A stretch of 64,000 bases of DNA from Spirulina sp. (GCA_044070495.1 JBIPSI010000016.1:1-64000), one strand, 5' to 3'; positions 48,686-59,612 are shown, counted from the stretch's first letter. A program made the numbers and translations. The notes: a model not told the origin generated them from the letters alone.

Positions 48686-49420
48686 ATGGCAACGCGATAC
48701 TATTTATACGGTATTTTTCCGGCCCCTGGCCCCCAGCCAGTATCGATGGTGGGCTTAGATGATCAGCCCGTCCAGGCTTGGACATCCGGCAATTTTACCT
48801 TTCTCTATTCCGTGGCTTGCCAAAAGCGCTACTTGGCCAGCCGCCAAAATTTGATCACCCACGAAAAGGTGCTCGAAACGGCCATGCAACTGGGCTACCG
48901 CACCCTCCTACCGCTTCAATTTGGCCTCACGGTAGACGGTTGGGATCAGGTGCAGGAGGATTTGATCGCCCCCTACAGCGAGTCCCTCACCCAGTTGTTC
49001 CAGCGTTTAGACGGCTGTCGCGAGGTAAGCGTTAAGGTGATGTGGGATGCCGCCACGGAACTGGAACTGCTGATGGCCGAAAACGACGACCTGCGCCACC
49101 AGCGGGATCAGCTAGAGGGCACTCAGCTCAGCATGGATCAGGTGATCGCCATTGGGCAGCGCATCGAGGCCGCCCTCAACGACCGGCGGGAAGATATTGC
49201 CAACCAGTTTCGCCAAGCCTTTGCCCCTCTGGCTAAGGACAGCCTGGAAAACGACCCCATGACCGACACGATGATTTTCAACGCCGCCTACCTGATTCCC
49301 TGGGAGGCCGAACCCGCCTTTAGTCGGGCCTTGGATGAGGTGGATGCCACCTTTGGGGAGCGTCTGCGGGTGCGCTACAACAATTTCACAGCCCCCTACA
49401 ACTTCGCCCAACTCAGTTAG
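48686..49420 (+). CDS. gvpF: Gas vesicle protein, GvpL/GvpF family
   Basis: YLYGI, HEKVLE, LLPLQFG, NAAYLI, TAPYNF. Confidence 0.85.
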   Translation: MATRYYLYGIFPAPGPQPVSMVGLDDQPVQAWTSGNFTFLYSVACQKRYLASRQNLITHEKVLETAMQLGYRTLLPLQFGLTVDGWDQVQEDLIAPYSESLTQLFQRLDGCREVSVKVMWDAATELELLMAENDDLRHQRDQLEGTQLSMDQVIAIGQRIEAALNDRREDIANQFRQAFAPLAKDSLENDPMTDTMIFNAAYLIPWEAEPAFSRALDEVDATFGERLRVRYNNFTAPYNFAQLS

Positions 49421-49525
49421 TCACGGGAACGATTAACAGACCAAGGGATGCCTAGAACCCTTCTCTGGCGGGCGTTGTCCATCCTGCCATTCATTTAGTC
49501 TTTGCTGTCCTGGGGAATTTTGACC

Positions 49526-49768
49526 ATGCTCCTAAAACTGCTCTTTGCCCCGGTGCTCGGCCCCATTGAGGGGGTAGCCTGGATTGCCGACAAAATCCTG
49601 GAACAGGCCGACATGCCCACCAACGATGCCGAGAGCTTGCAGAAGCAGCTCCTCACTCTGCAACTCTCCTTTGATATGGGCGAGATCAGCGAGGAAGACT
49701 TTGTTATCCAGGAAGAAGAAATTCTTCTGGCTCTGCAAGCCCTGGAAGATGAGGAGGATGAAGACTAG
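49526..49768 (+). CDS. gvpG: Gas vesicle protein GvpG
   Basis: MLLKLLFAP..GP.EG..WI, LQLSFDMGEISEEDF..QEEEIL. Confidence 0.88.
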   Translation: MLLKLLFAPVLGPIEGVAWIADKILEQADMPTNDAESLQKQLLTLQLSFDMGEISEEDFVIQEEEILLALQALEDEEDED

Positions 49769-49853
49769 CGCTCAATATGAGCTCAATATGATCAGACGAT
49801 CCCCAGTGACGATGGAGGTAAAAGTCGATTCTTGTGAGTCAGATTAAGGATAA

Positions 49854-49925
49854 CTGGGGTGCTAGGATTCGAACCTAGGAATGGCGGGACCAAAACCCGC
49901 TGCCTTACCACTTGGCGACACCCCA
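49854..49925 (-). tRNA. tRNA-Gln (anticodon UUG), CCA not encoded
   Basis: Minus strand TGGGGTGTCGCCAAGTGGTAAGGCAGCGGGTTTTGGTCCCGCCATTCCTAGGTTCGAATCCTAGCACCCCAG folds into a cloverleaf. Confidence 0.97.
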
Positions 49926-49941
49926 TTGCGTTGCCTTTCGT

Positions 49942-49972
49942 AATATAGCAGGTTTATCCGGCCCAATGTCAA
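49942..49972 (-). promoter_or_regulatory. Putative sigma70-type promoter of tRNA-Gln
   Basis: TTGACA (49972-49967) and extended -10 TGCTATATT; the 19-nt spacer is longer than optimal. Confidence 0.5.
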
Positions 49973-50120
49973 GCTTTTTTGATGGACTTTTTTAGGACAG
50001 GTTGGATGGATCAGAGGGCGCTAAAAAAATAGCGTTTCGTCCTTGGGGGCCGCCGAGGTCGCGTGGCCGATTGGTATAGTAGGGAGATATTTTCAGCCGA
50101 TCCCCCTTGGTGAAACGCCC

Positions 50121-51407
50121 ATGCTGCCTGCCTTGACTCAATTTGGCGAAGAAATGTCCCACCTGACGGGGGTTCGCGCCATTATGAAGGACATCATCGA
50201 AACCTTGCGGGCGGGACAGGGGCGAGACTTTATCAACCTCAGTGCAGGCAATCCGGTGATTTTGCCGGAGGTGGAGCAGCTTTGGCGCGACTGCACCCAG
50301 GACTTGCTCAACAGTGCGGAATATGGCCAGGTGGTCTGTCGCTACGGCACTAGCCAGGGCTATGAACCCTTGGTGGAGGCCATCTGTAACGACTTCAACC
50401 GGCGCTATGGGTTGTCCCTCACCCACCGCCACATTTTGATTACCCCCGGCAGTCAGGCGCTTTACTTTTTGGCGGCCAACGCCATCGGCGGCCACACCCG
50501 CAGCGGCCAACTGAAGGAGATCGTGCTACCCCTCAGCCCCGACTACACGGGCTACGGCGGCATTTCCCTGGTGCCGGAGGCGGTGAAGGCCTACCGTCCG
50601 GCCCTGGAGGTGGATGAGGCAGGTCATCGGTTTAAGTATCGGCCCGATTTCAGCCAGCTTCAGATTACGGCGGAGACAGGGTTTGTGCTATTTTCCCGCC
50701 CCTGCAACCCCACGGGCAACGTGATCAGCGACGAGGAAGTGCGCCAGATTGCCGATCTCGCTGCCATGCATCAGGTGCCCGTGCTGATCGACTCGGCCTA
50801 TGCCCCACCCTTCCCGGCCCTGAATTTCACGGAGATGACCCCCCTTTTTGGCGACAACGTCCTCCACTGCATGAGCCTCTCCAAGGCCGGACTACCGGGG
50901 GAACGGGTGGGGGTCGCCATTGGCGATCCGGCCCTAATTGAGGTGCTGGAATGCTTCCAGACCAACCTCTGCATCCACTCCTCCCGCTACGGCCAAGCCA
51001 TTGCTGCCCGCGCCATCGCCTCCGGTGCCCTGGCGAACATCTCGGAACAGGTGATCCGCCCCTACTACCAAGACAAGTTTGCGGTGCTAGAAGCTGCGTT
51101 GGATGCGGCCATGCCCCGGTCGGTACCCTGGTATCTGCATCGGGGCGAGGGGGCGATTTTTGCCTGGATCTGGTTCGACCATCTGCCCATCACCGATCAA
51201 GACCTGTACCAACGCCTCAAACAGGAGGGGGTGATTGTGGTGCCCGGAAATCCCTTCTTCCCTGGCCTGCGGGAGGATTGGCCCCACACCCGCCAATGCC
51301 TGCGAATTAGCCTCACCGCCAGCGCCACCGACCTCACCCAGGCCGTGGATCGCTTGGCCAAGGTGGTAGACGAAATTTATGCCGCCGCTGCCGTGGCGGC
51401 GGTCTAG
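50121..51407 (+). CDS. avtA: Valine--pyruvate aminotransferase
   Basis: [36 protein letters not shown]. Confidence 0.9.
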   Translation: MLPALTQFGEEMSHLTGVRAIMKDIIETLRAGQGRDFINLSAGNPVILPEVEQLWRDCTQDLLNSAEYGQVVCRYGTSQGYEPLVEAICNDFNRRYGLSLTHRHILITPGSQALYFLAANAIGGHTRSGQLKEIVLPLSPDYTGYGGISLVPEAVKAYRPALEVDEAGHRFKYRPDFSQLQITAETGFVLFSRPCNPTGNVISDEEVRQIADLAAMHQVPVLIDSAYAPPFPALNFTEMTPLFGDNVLHCMSLSKAGLPGERVGVAIGDPALIEVLECFQTNLCIHSSRYGQAIAARAIASGALANISEQVIRPYYQDKFAVLEAALDAAMPRSVPWYLHRGEGAIFAWIWFDHLPITDQDLYQRLKQEGVIVVPGNPFFPGLREDWPHTRQCLRISLTASATDLTQAVDRLAKVVDEIYAAAAVAAV

Positions 51408-51414
51408 GACAACC

Positions 51415-52002
51415 ATGGCAGACACCGATTGGATTGAAATTGGCCGCATTGTGTCCCCCCAGGGGGTGCGGGGTGAGGTGCGCGTTTACCCCAGCAGCGA
51501 TTTTCCTGAGCGTTTTTTGGATCCAGGGCCGCGCTGGTTGAAGCGTCCCCAACGTCCTGATCCAGAAGCCATTACCCTCGTGCAGGGGCGATCCCTGGAT
51601 GGCAAGGGCTTGTACATCGTGAAGCTAGAGGGCATCGACGACCGCACCCAAGCCGAAACCCTGCGCGGCTGTGCCCTGCTGGTGCCTGCCGAGGATCGCC
51701 CCGATCTCGAAGAAGGAGAGTTCTACGCCGCCGACCTGATGGGGCTGCGGGTGATCCTCCAGGCCACCGGAGCCGAAATTGGCCTCGTCACCGACCTCTA
51801 CGAAGCCGGAAATGACCTGCTAGAAGTGACCCTTCACCCCAGCGCATCCCAGTCGGAAATCCCGGATACCCAGGATCAGCCCAAGGACAAAACAAAGTCC
51901 CGCAAGGTGTTGGTACCCTTTGTCGAGGCTATCGTTCCGGTGGTGGATCTAGCCCAGGGCTGTCTCTATCTGACTCCCCCGGAAGGGTTGATCGATCCAT
52001 AG
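51415..52002 (+). CDS. rimM: Ribosome maturation factor
   Basis: [46 protein letters not shown]. Confidence 0.95.
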   Translation: MADTDWIEIGRIVSPQGVRGEVRVYPSSDFPERFLDPGPRWLKRPQRPDPEAITLVQGRSLDGKGLYIVKLEGIDDRTQAETLRGCALLVPAEDRPDLEEGEFYAADLMGLRVILQATGAEIGLVTDLYEAGNDLLEVTLHPSASQSEIPDTQDQPKDKTKSRKVLVPFVEAIVPVVDLAQGCLYLTPPEGLIDP

Positions 52003-52063
52003 CAACGGTTTTCCCGATGGTTCATCCACTCCATCGATTGCCACCGATTGACTCAGAATTTGG

Positions 52064-52888
52064 CTAGTAGGGGTTGCGTTCTGGGCAGTCGCGGAAGGAA
52101 TATTCCCCCCCCGGCAGGTGGGTTTCGCAGACAATCGCCCCATCGAACGCCCCAGGATCCACCTGTGCTCTGCCCATGGTGGCTCCAGTAAAATCGGTGC
52201 CCTTGAGATTAGCCCCCCGCAGATTGACGTTGTATAACCCAGCATAGCTGAGGCTGGCCCCCTGCAAATTAGCCCCACTTAGGTTGGCATCCTTGAGGGA
52301 AAGCTGGCTGAGGTCGAGATTTTGAAGGTCTAACCCCTGAAGATTGGCCCCCATCATTTGCACACGCTTAGGCCCGCCGATGGTGGCTCCCTGGAGGTTA
52401 GCTCCCTGTAAGTTAGCGCCATTCAGACTGGCTCCGGTGAGGATGCTGCCGCCGAGGTTGGCCCCGGTTAGATCGGCTCTGTCTAGGACGCTGTCTTCAA
52501 AGGTGGCGTTCTGGAGATTGGCCCCGCTCAGATTAGCCCCCACCAGCCGCGTGGTACCCGCCCCAAACTGGGAAGGTGGGCTGCTGAGCTTAGCTCCACT
52601 GAGGTTGGCCCCCGCTAACATGGCCCCACTCAGGTCAGAATAAACGGCGTTAATGCCCGACAAGTCTTCCCCCGCCAGATCCACCCCCTGCAAATCGCAT
52701 TCAATGCAAGTTCGATGAACCAGCAACGCCTGACGAGGGCCACCAAACGACACGGCACAACTCCCTAGGCCCAGCAGCATCCCCCCAAACACCCCTCGGA
52801 TACCCAAGTTGCTGTCGCTGTGACACCATCGAGACACAGCCCTCGCCCAGGATTCTACGGTCAACGGTTCTCTAGAAAACGGATTCAT
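52064..52888 (-). CDS. Pentapeptide repeat protein
   Basis: CIECDL followed by A(N/D)LxG repeats. Confidence 0.9.
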   Translation of the reverse strand: MNPFSREPLTVESWARAVSRWCHSDSNLGIRGVFGGMLLGLGSCAVSFGGPRQALLVHRTCIECDLQGVDLAGEDLSGINAVYSDLSGAMLAGANLSGAKLSSPPSQFGAGTTRLVGANLSGANLQNATFEDSVLDRADLTGANLGGSILTGASLNGANLQGANLQGATIGGPKRVQMMGANLQGLDLQNLDLSQLSLKDANLSGANLQGASLSYAGLYNVNLRGANLKGTDFTGATMGRAQVDPGAFDGAIVCETHLPGGEYSFRDCPERNPY

Positions 52889-52956
52889 AGGAGTCTCCTA
52901 CAGCAACCTATCCCCAATCATCAATCCCCACCGGTCAGATCCGGCCAGTCCGCCCC

Positions 52957-53150
52957 CAACAACCGACAACCAATAACCCTGGTTGACTGACAAAACTTGC
53001 GAGAACCCAAATCCGCCAAAGGGTCAGGAGACCTGACCCCTACATTATCCAAATCCTGTAGGGGCGCGGTTTCCGCGTCCGGCGCAGGATCTTTTGTCAG
53101 TCAACCAACCAACAACCAATAACCAATAACCAACAACCAATAACCAACAA
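52957..53150 (+). repeat. CCAA(T/C)AA heptamer array interrupted by a MITE
   Basis: Heptamer units on both sides of 52979-53108. Confidence 0.8.
52979..53108. mobile_element. MITE family A, copy 2 (inverted relative to copy 1)
   Basis: 16-bp perfect TIR TGGTTGACTGACAAAA / TTTTGTCAGTCAACCA; flanks CCAATAACC / CCAACAACC. Confidence 0.85.
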
Positions 53151-53388
53151 CACCCCAGAATATGCCGACAATCCTAAGCCACAGGCCGCCTAGGGGACGA
53201 AGGATGCCCAAATTATCGGAGCGCAGCTATAGAGGTTGATCTGTAATTGGCATAAACCGAGTGGTCATTTTGAAAACGGACTGCTACAGTAAATAAACTT
53301 TGAGCTTTGTAAAGGAATCCTTAAGAAGACGCGGGAAGGTGACTGTATACCCATCCCCTATCCATTCCTCTTTGGGGGCTTATCCAAA

Positions 53389-54120
53389 ATGACTCGATCT
53401 ACTCTGTTTTGCGATTTTGACGGCCCCATTGCTGATGTTTCGGAGCGCTACTACCTGACCTACTGCCGGGGCCTAGAGCACATGCAGGCCATGGCCGTGG
53501 CCGCCGGAGACGAGATCGCCATCCGCTGTCTTTCCAAGGCTCAATTTTGGACCTTTAAGCAAAACCGCGTGCCCGACCGCCAAATCGCCCATTGGTCTGG
53601 CCTGGAGGGAACGCAGATCGATGAGTTTCTTGACCTGGTGAGTGGCCTGGTCAACCACCCTAGTCTACTGGCCCACGATCAGGTTCAGGTTCAGGCCTAC
53701 GAAGCCCTCTCTATCCTTCAGCAGTGCGATGTCAGGGTTGTCCTGGTCACCCTGCGCCCACCGGATCAGGTGATTCAGTTCCTCGCCCAGCATGGGTTAG
53801 AGGACTTTGTGAGCGATCTCTACGGGATGCCCACGGCCCAAGCGGCCTACCAAAACCAAGCCCAGCACAAAATTGAGCGGTTGCGGGTTGCCATCGCCGC
53901 CCAACAACGTCGGGGCTATTCCCTCAAAAACACCTGGATGATTGGCGACACCGAGGCAGATATTATGGCTGGCCAAGCCCTCGGCATTGATACCGTCGCC
54001 CTCACCTGCGGCATTCGCAGCCACAGCTATCTCCAGGGCTTTCGCCCCACCCACCTGATGCCCAACCTGTGGACGGCAGCCCAGTGCTTTCAGCAGCAGG
54101 TTACCCTGGGGCGTCGGTAA
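53389..54120 (+). CDS. HAD family hydrolase
   Basis: FCDFDGPIADV, WMIGDTEADI, CGIRS. Confidence 0.9.
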   Translation: MTRSTLFCDFDGPIADVSERYYLTYCRGLEHMQAMAVAAGDEIAIRCLSKAQFWTFKQNRVPDRQIAHWSGLEGTQIDEFLDLVSGLVNHPSLLAHDQVQVQAYEALSILQQCDVRVVLVTLRPPDQVIQFLAQHGLEDFVSDLYGMPTAQAAYQNQAQHKIERLRVAIAAQQRRGYSLKNTWMIGDTEADIMAGQALGIDTVALTCGIRSHSYLQGFRPTHLMPNLWTAAQCFQQQVTLGRR

Positions 54121-54246
54121 GCGCAGTATCCCCCAAGGCTTGGAACAGTCCCAAGATTCACAGTCCCAAGCTTAAACAAATGGCCGTGCTAGTTGGGGTT
54201 CGATTGACGTTTGATCTACGATGGAGAGGTGTTGTAGGCAACGGCC

Positions 54247-54498
54247 ATGGCTTCTGAATTGAACCGAGAACCCACCCTGGCAGATGTGCTGGAGCGACTA
54301 GATCGCTTTGGCAATGATGTTGAGCGACTCAGTGGCGACGTTGAGCGACTCAGCGGCGACGTTGAGGCCAGCAATGCTCGGTTTGAGAAATGGGATGGGC
54401 GGTTGTGGGGGCTAACCCTGGGGCTGATTGGTACGGCTTGGACGGCGATCTTTGCGGCATCGGCGGTGGTTATCACTCGCACGTTGTACGGCCAATAG
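54247..54498 (+). CDS. Small coiled-coil protein with a C-terminal TM helix
   Basis: DVERLSG heptads encoded by a 21-bp tandem repeat at 54316-54366. Confidence 0.7.
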   Translation: MASELNREPTLADVLERLDRFGNDVERLSGDVERLSGDVEASNARFEKWDGRLWGLTLGLIGTAWTAIFAASAVVITRTLYGQ

Positions 54499-54564
54499 CC
54501 CTAGAATTCCTCGTCTCAGCAGATCGTAAACATGCTCTTTTGCCGAGGACTGGGGATCTCTTGG

Positions 54565-56334
54565 TCACTTGGCCTCCCCAATGCCTTTACTCAAACGACG
54601 GAGCCACCAACCACCGCCAACGGCGACGATCAGCCACACCCAGCCCGTAAGGGGTTGATAGAGCAAAAATCCGCCGACTCCCAGCATGGCCCCGAGCAGC
54701 AACAACAGGGCCGCCAATGCTTTGAGTAAATCCTGTTGGAGAGACTGGGCGGGTTGGATTCCCGTGCGCTGGCGTTGTCTAGACCAGCCGGGGCCACCGG
54801 GGCGCACCTTGCGGTAAAAGGCATCGAGGGTGGCATCGCTTTCGGGTGGTGTGATCACCATGGCCGTGACCCAAATGACGAGGGTAATCAGGGTCGTGGT
54901 CATTAGGCGTAGGCCGAAGTCGGGGATGGTCAGAATCGGGACGACCGTGGTCACGAGGCCCACCAGGAACCCGGCTACCATGGCCGCCAGTTCGGCAGCG
55001 GCGTTGATTCGCCACCAGAACCAGCGCAGGATTAGCACTAGTCCCGGCCCGGTGCCAATAGCAATCACCAGCCGAAACACCGTGGTCACATCCTGGGAAT
55101 AGAAAGCGGCGACGGCCCCCAGAGCAGTGACCACCACCGAGGCAATGCGTCCAGACAGAACGAGTTCGGCTTGGGAGGCATCAGGCCGGATGAATCGCCC
55201 ATACAAATCATTGGTCAAATAGGAAGCGCCCCAGTTAATCAGCGTTGATACCGTACTCATGAAGGCGGCAATCAACGAGGCCACCACCAGCCCCAACAGC
55301 ACCGGGGGCAGGAAATCCAGCATCAGCATGGGGTAGCCCAATTCTCGGTCTTCTAGGTTGGGGTAGATCACCACAGCGGCGAGGGCCACAATCACCCAGG
55401 GCCAGGTGCGAATGACGTAGTGAAGGATGTTGAAAAACCAGGCGGCTTTTTCCGCTTCGGCCTCGTCCTTAGCGGCGGCGAGGCGCTGGATAAATTCGCC
55501 CCCGCCATCGCTGCGACGAAAGGCCCACCATTGCAGGGTGACGTAGGCCAAAAAGGTGCTGATACTAATGCCTGCGGTTTCGCTCCAGCGGTACCAGCCG
55601 CCCTCAGTGGATCGCTCTAAGGGGACAAAGGCCAGCAGATCGGTACCCCCCGTGGCCTGCACCTGTTCGATCAAGCTACCCATGCCGCCCAGGTTGGCCA
55701 CCGCCGCCACCGCCACGATGATCGCCCCCAGCAGGGCCAAAAAGAACTGGAAAAAGTCCGTAGCGACCACGCCCCACAATCCAGAAAAGCCCGCATAGAC
55801 CAGCACCAACAGGCTGACGCCGATGACGCTGATCAGCTTGAGGCTTTCCCCCGGCTCAATGCCTAGGGATTGCCAAATTTGTAGGGCGTCGATCACCTTG
55901 ACCATGGCCAACATGGCGTAGCCAATGCCAATGCAGTTAATTGGTACCGCAAACAAAAAGGCCTTCACCCCCCGCAACCAGGCCGCCGTAGCGCCGCCGT
56001 AGCGCAGTTCCGTTAGCTCCGCATCGGTGATGATTTCCGACCGTCGCCACAGCCGCGCAAACACGTAGATCATCACCACATGGGCAATGCCAAAGCTCCA
56101 CCATTCCCAGTTGCCCGCAATGCCGCGATTGCCCACCACCCCAGCAATGTACAGGGGCGTATCAATGGAAAACGTAGTCGCGGCCATGCTGGTGCCCGCC
56201 AGCCACCAGGGCAGGGAACGCCCCGACACAAAGAAATCCACCAGACTGCCGGAGGCTTTGCGGCCCAGGTACAGCCCCAACCCCAGGGAAAACGCGAGGT
56301 AGGCCACCACAATGGCCCAGTCAATCCAAATCAC
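54565..56334 (-). CDS. Sodium:solute symporter family protein
   Basis: FFVSGRSLPWW.AGTSMAATTF, GLWGVVATD, AAFMST. Confidence 0.93.
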   Translation of the reverse strand: MIWIDWAIVVAYLAFSLGLGLYLGRKASGSLVDFFVSGRSLPWWLAGTSMAATTFSIDTPLYIAGVVGNRGIAGNWEWWSFGIAHVVMIYVFARLWRRSEIITDAELTELRYGGATAAWLRGVKAFLFAVPINCIGIGYAMLAMVKVIDALQIWQSLGIEPGESLKLISVIGVSLLVLVYAGFSGLWGVVATDFFQFFLALLGAIIVAVAAVANLGGMGSLIEQVQATGGTDLLAFVPLERSTEGGWYRWSETAGISISTFLAYVTLQWWAFRRSDGGGEFIQRLAAAKDEAEAEKAAWFFNILHYVIRTWPWVIVALAAVVIYPNLEDRELGYPMLMLDFLPPVLLGLVVASLIAAFMSTVSTLINWGASYLTNDLYGRFIRPDASQAELVLSGRIASVVVTALGAVAAFYSQDVTTVFRLVIAIGTGPGLVLILRWFWWRINAAAELAAMVAGFLVGLVTTVVPILTIPDFGLRLMTTTLITLVIWVTAMVITPPESDATLDAFYRKVRPGGPGWSRQRQRTGIQPAQSLQQDLLKALAALLLLLGAMLGVGGFLLYQPLTGWVWLIVAVGGGWWLRRLSKGIGEAK

Positions 56335-56553
56335 AGCGGGTACCGTCGAACACCGCTGTTATCTTGCCATACCCCCAGGGTCAATCCGGCAGGATTTCCC
56401 ATCGATCCCTAGCCCAGCCTTAGCCCAGGGGAGCGCTTGAGGGGAGGTCGTGTGCTTTTGGCAGGGTGGAAAAGAGGGGATGTCTGGTGGGTTGAATGCC
56501 TCTGATTTTAGGGATGCCCTAGGATGGTGGCAGGACGAACGACCGAGGCGGCA

Positions 56554-57390
56554 ATGACCAATCTGAACGCGGCGATTTTGGGATGTGGCTATGTGGGCCA
56601 AGCGGTGGCAGAGGTGTGGCGTCGTCAGGGAATCACCGTAACCGCGACCACTACGCGACCAGAGCGTCTAGCCAATCTAAAAACCGTCGCAGATCGGGCC
56701 ATGGTGGTGAATGGATCCGATGAAGCTACCGTGGCAGAATTGTTGACCGATCAACAGGTGCTTTTGATTTGTGTGGGGGCCGGACGGCAGGCGGACTATC
56801 GAGAAACCTATCTGAACACGGCTAAAACCGTGGTGAGTGCCCTAGCCCAAGCACCCAGCCTGCGGCAGATTATCTTCACCAGCACCTACTCGGTCTACGG
56901 CAACCACAGCGGGGCCTGGGTGCGAGAGGATGATCCCGCCCAACCTGCCACGGAAAACGGGAAAACCACGCTGGAAACCGAGCAGGTCTTGCTGTCGGCA
57001 GCGACGGCACAGCGGCAGGTCTGTGTGTTTCGGCTGGGGGGCATCTACGGCCCAGGGCGAGAACTGGCCAAAATCTACGGTCGGGCGGCGGGCACCACCC
57101 GACCCGGCAGCGGCCAGGAGGCCAGCAATTGGATTCACCTAGACGACATTGTGGGGGCGATAGATTGGGCGCAAACCCACGGGCTGAGCGGCCTCTACAA
57201 CCTGGTGCAGGATGAAATCCCCACCGTGCGCGACCTGATTGACCGAGTTTGCCAAACCCATCAGTTGGCCCCTGTTGAATGGGATCCCTCCCAACCCAGC
57301 GCTCGCCCCTACAATGTGCGCGTGGCTAACCAAAAGCTCAAGGCCGCTGGCTACCCCTTTCGCCATCCTAGTTTCAGCGAACTGGCCTAG
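56554..57390 (+). CDS. NAD-dependent epimerase/SDR family protein
   Basis: ILGCGYVG, FTSTYSVYG, RLGGIYGPGR, NWIHLDDI. Confidence 0.88.
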   Translation: MTNLNAAILGCGYVGQAVAEVWRRQGITVTATTTRPERLANLKTVADRAMVVNGSDEATVAELLTDQQVLLICVGAGRQADYRETYLNTAKTVVSALAQAPSLRQIIFTSTYSVYGNHSGAWVREDDPAQPATENGKTTLETEQVLLSAATAQRQVCVFRLGGIYGPGRELAKIYGRAAGTTRPGSGQEASNWIHLDDIVGAIDWAQTHGLSGLYNLVQDEIPTVRDLIDRVCQTHQLAPVEWDPSQPSARPYNVRVANQKLKAAGYPFRHPSFSELA

Positions 57391-58001
57391 GCCCCTAGAC
57401 CCTGTTCCCCAAGCACCTGCTTGCGTTTGGCATAGATGCTTTTGAGGTGCCGTTTGACGGTATTCACACTGATATATAGGGCCTGGGCAATGGCCTCGTA
57501 GCTTTGGTTGGCCTGCCGCAGCACCCAAACCTCCCGTTCGCGAGGGGTGAGGTTGTAGCGCAGGGCTTCGATGCGAGCCATGGCCTCGGCGGTTTGGGTC
57601 GGATCGTCCAGCAGCACCACCAGGTAAGAGTCCTCTGTAGCGGGCCAATCGAGCCACTGCACTCGAACCTGGATACTCTGTCCATCGCCATCCATTAAGT
57701 CTTGGCTGAGCACCAGGGCATGATCGGGAAAAATAGCCCGTCCTTCAATTAAGTGGTGACCCATCGCCCAAACCCTGGGCGGCACAGGCAGCGGGGCATG
57801 GATATCACCCTGGGGCGGGGTAGCGGGGCAAAGCCGACGGCAAAGACGTTGGCCCTGGTGGTTGTGGTGTAGGCAGGTGCCGTCCTGGGCCAAAATCAGC
57901 ACCCCAGCGGCAAATCCTTCTAGCACAGCACTGACGAAGGAAAAGTCTGGCTGGGGGGCGGGGCGCAGACGAGAGGGAGAGAATGAACTCAGCATGACCA
58001 T
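57387..58001 (-). CDS. LuxR-type HTH regulator with a PAS-like N-terminus
   Basis: LTPREREVW...SYEAIAQALYISVNTVKRHLKSIYAK; start uncertain. Confidence 0.85.
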   Translation of the reverse strand: MVMLSSFSPSRLRPAPQPDFSFVSAVLEGFAAGVLILAQDGTCLHHNHQGQRLCRRLCPATPPQGDIHAPLPVPPRVWAMGHHLIEGRAIFPDHALVLSQDLMDGDGQSIQVRVQWLDWPATEDSYLVVLLDDPTQTAEAMARIEALRYNLTPREREVWVLRQANQSYEAIAQALYISVNTVKRHLKSIYAKRKQVLGEQGLGA

Positions 58002-58361
58002 GGGGGCTACCAAATAAATCACAGCAACGAACGCAGGAACGGAAAGTGAGTCATCCACATCCAGAAAATCTGGCTCAGGGGGCACGTTTTGGATAGGGAG
58101 AACCCCAACGCAACCGGGGGATTTTCCGTACCTGGGGGCCAGTTCCTAAATTGGATGACTGAATTTACGTAGGTGTCTGGATCGGGTACAAAATGCCATG
58201 CCTCCGGTTTCCAAGTGATCAAACCCTAGGGATGCGGTCTCCTCGCCCGCCTCAGTTGGATTGCAGAAGACCAGTGATTCGCTTCTCCTGATCCCTTTGC
58301 CGTCAGGAGCCTTGGGATAGAACATCGTGGTACAACAAAGAAGGTTTAGCGGAACCAGCCC

Positions 58362-58898
58362 GTGCTGACAGTGACCCAAATTTTGCCTGCGGATTCCACG
58401 GCAACGGTGGTGGCCGAACTCGCCCTCACCGCCCACGACCGCACCCGTTCGCGCCATCGCTTTGAGGCGACCGATGGCACGCCGATTCAGCTCAATCTGC
58501 CCAGGGGTAGCCTGCTGCGTGGCAATACCCTCCTGGCCAGCCCCGATGGTCAGCTTGTGCGGGTGTTGGCCAAACCAGAACCCGTGCTCAAGGTGATCGC
58601 CGAGTCGCCCTTGGCCCTCGTTCGGGCCGCCTACCACCTGGGCAACCGCCATGTTCCCCTAGAAATTTCCCTGGACAGCCTGGTTTTAGAACCCGACCCC
58701 GTCCTGGAGGCGATGCTGCTTCAGTTGGGGGGGCTATCGGTGCAGACCCTCATCCAACCCTTTGAGCCGGAAGCCGGAGCCTACCACAGTGGCCATGGCC
58801 ACACCGCCGCGCCCGCCCAATCGGCCTCTAGCGCCCATGCCCACCCGGATTCTCAGCCCGATTCCCCCCATGCCCACCCCCACGCCCATGGCCCTTGA
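58362..58898 (+). CDS. ureE: Urease accessory protein
   Basis: AAYHLGNRHVP, PFEPEAGAY, His-rich tail. Confidence 0.93.
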   Translation: MLTVTQILPADSTATVVAELALTAHDRTRSRHRFEATDGTPIQLNLPRGSLLRGNTLLASPDGQLVRVLAKPEPVLKVIAESPLALVRAAYHLGNRHVPLEISLDSLVLEPDPVLEAMLLQLGGLSVQTLIQPFEPEAGAYHSGHGHTAAPAQSASSAHAHPDSQPDSPHAHPHAHGP

Positions 58899-59568
58899 TA
58901 CTGGCTCAGCTCTCCTTCGCCTGTTGCAACTGGCCAGCCCCGCCCTACCCGTGGGGGCCTATAGCTACTCCGAGGGCCTAGAAACCTTAATTCATCAAGG
59001 TATGACCACCCCCGACGAGGTCATGCAATGGCTAGAACAGGAACTCGCCCTAGGGTTCATTCGAGTGGAAGCCGCCTACATCCATCGCATTCACCAAGCC
59101 GCCCAGGCTAGTCAGTGGTCAGCCATCGCCGCCGACAACCGCTGGCTCTCCGCCCTACGCGAGAGTGAGGAAAGCCGCCAGCAAAGCTGGGCCACCGGCA
59201 GAGCCTTGGTACGTCTGATTCTTGACCTACATCCAGAACTCACCGATGGCCTTACAACCGTGGGACAGCCCTGCAATTTTGCGGTTGGGTTTGCGGTGCT
59301 CGCCGCCCACTGGCAGATTCCCGCCGATTCGGCGGTTCTGGGCTACCTCCAGAGCTGGGCCACCAATCTTGTGACAGCGGCGGTGAAACTGGTGCCCCTA
59401 GGCCAAACCCAGGGGCAGCGCATGGTACTTACCCTCAACGCTGCACTGGAGGCCACCGCCACCCAAAGCGCCACCCTAGGCACCGACGATCTTACCCTCG
59501 GCGGCTGGGGGGCATCCCTCGCCAGTATGCAACACGAAACCCTCTACAGTCGCCTGTTTAGAAGCTAA
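58888..59568 (+). CDS. ureF: Urease accessory protein
   Basis: LLQLASPALPVGAYSYSEGLE, KLVPLGQT.GQ, HETLYSRLFRS. Confidence 0.95.
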   Translation: MALDTGSALLRLLQLASPALPVGAYSYSEGLETLIHQGMTTPDEVMQWLEQELALGFIRVEAAYIHRIHQAAQASQWSAIAADNRWLSALRESEESRQQSWATGRALVRLILDLHPELTDGLTTVGQPCNFAVGFAVLAAHWQIPADSAVLGYLQSWATNLVTAAVKLVPLGQTQGQRMVLTLNAALEATATQSATLGTDDLTLGGWGASLASMQHETLYSRLFRS

Positions 59569-59612
59569 GGTCACCCGCCCCCGGATTATTTTCCTCCCCG
59601 CCCCAACGGAAC

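Noticed and set aside
49769..49925. tRNA-Gln as the integration site of an island
   Set aside because: No integrase and no duplicated tRNA 3' end seen in the window; flanking genes look native.
58173..58190. TGT...ACA palindrome as an NtcA site for ureE
   Set aside because: Spacing is N11 rather than N10 and the left half lacks GTA.
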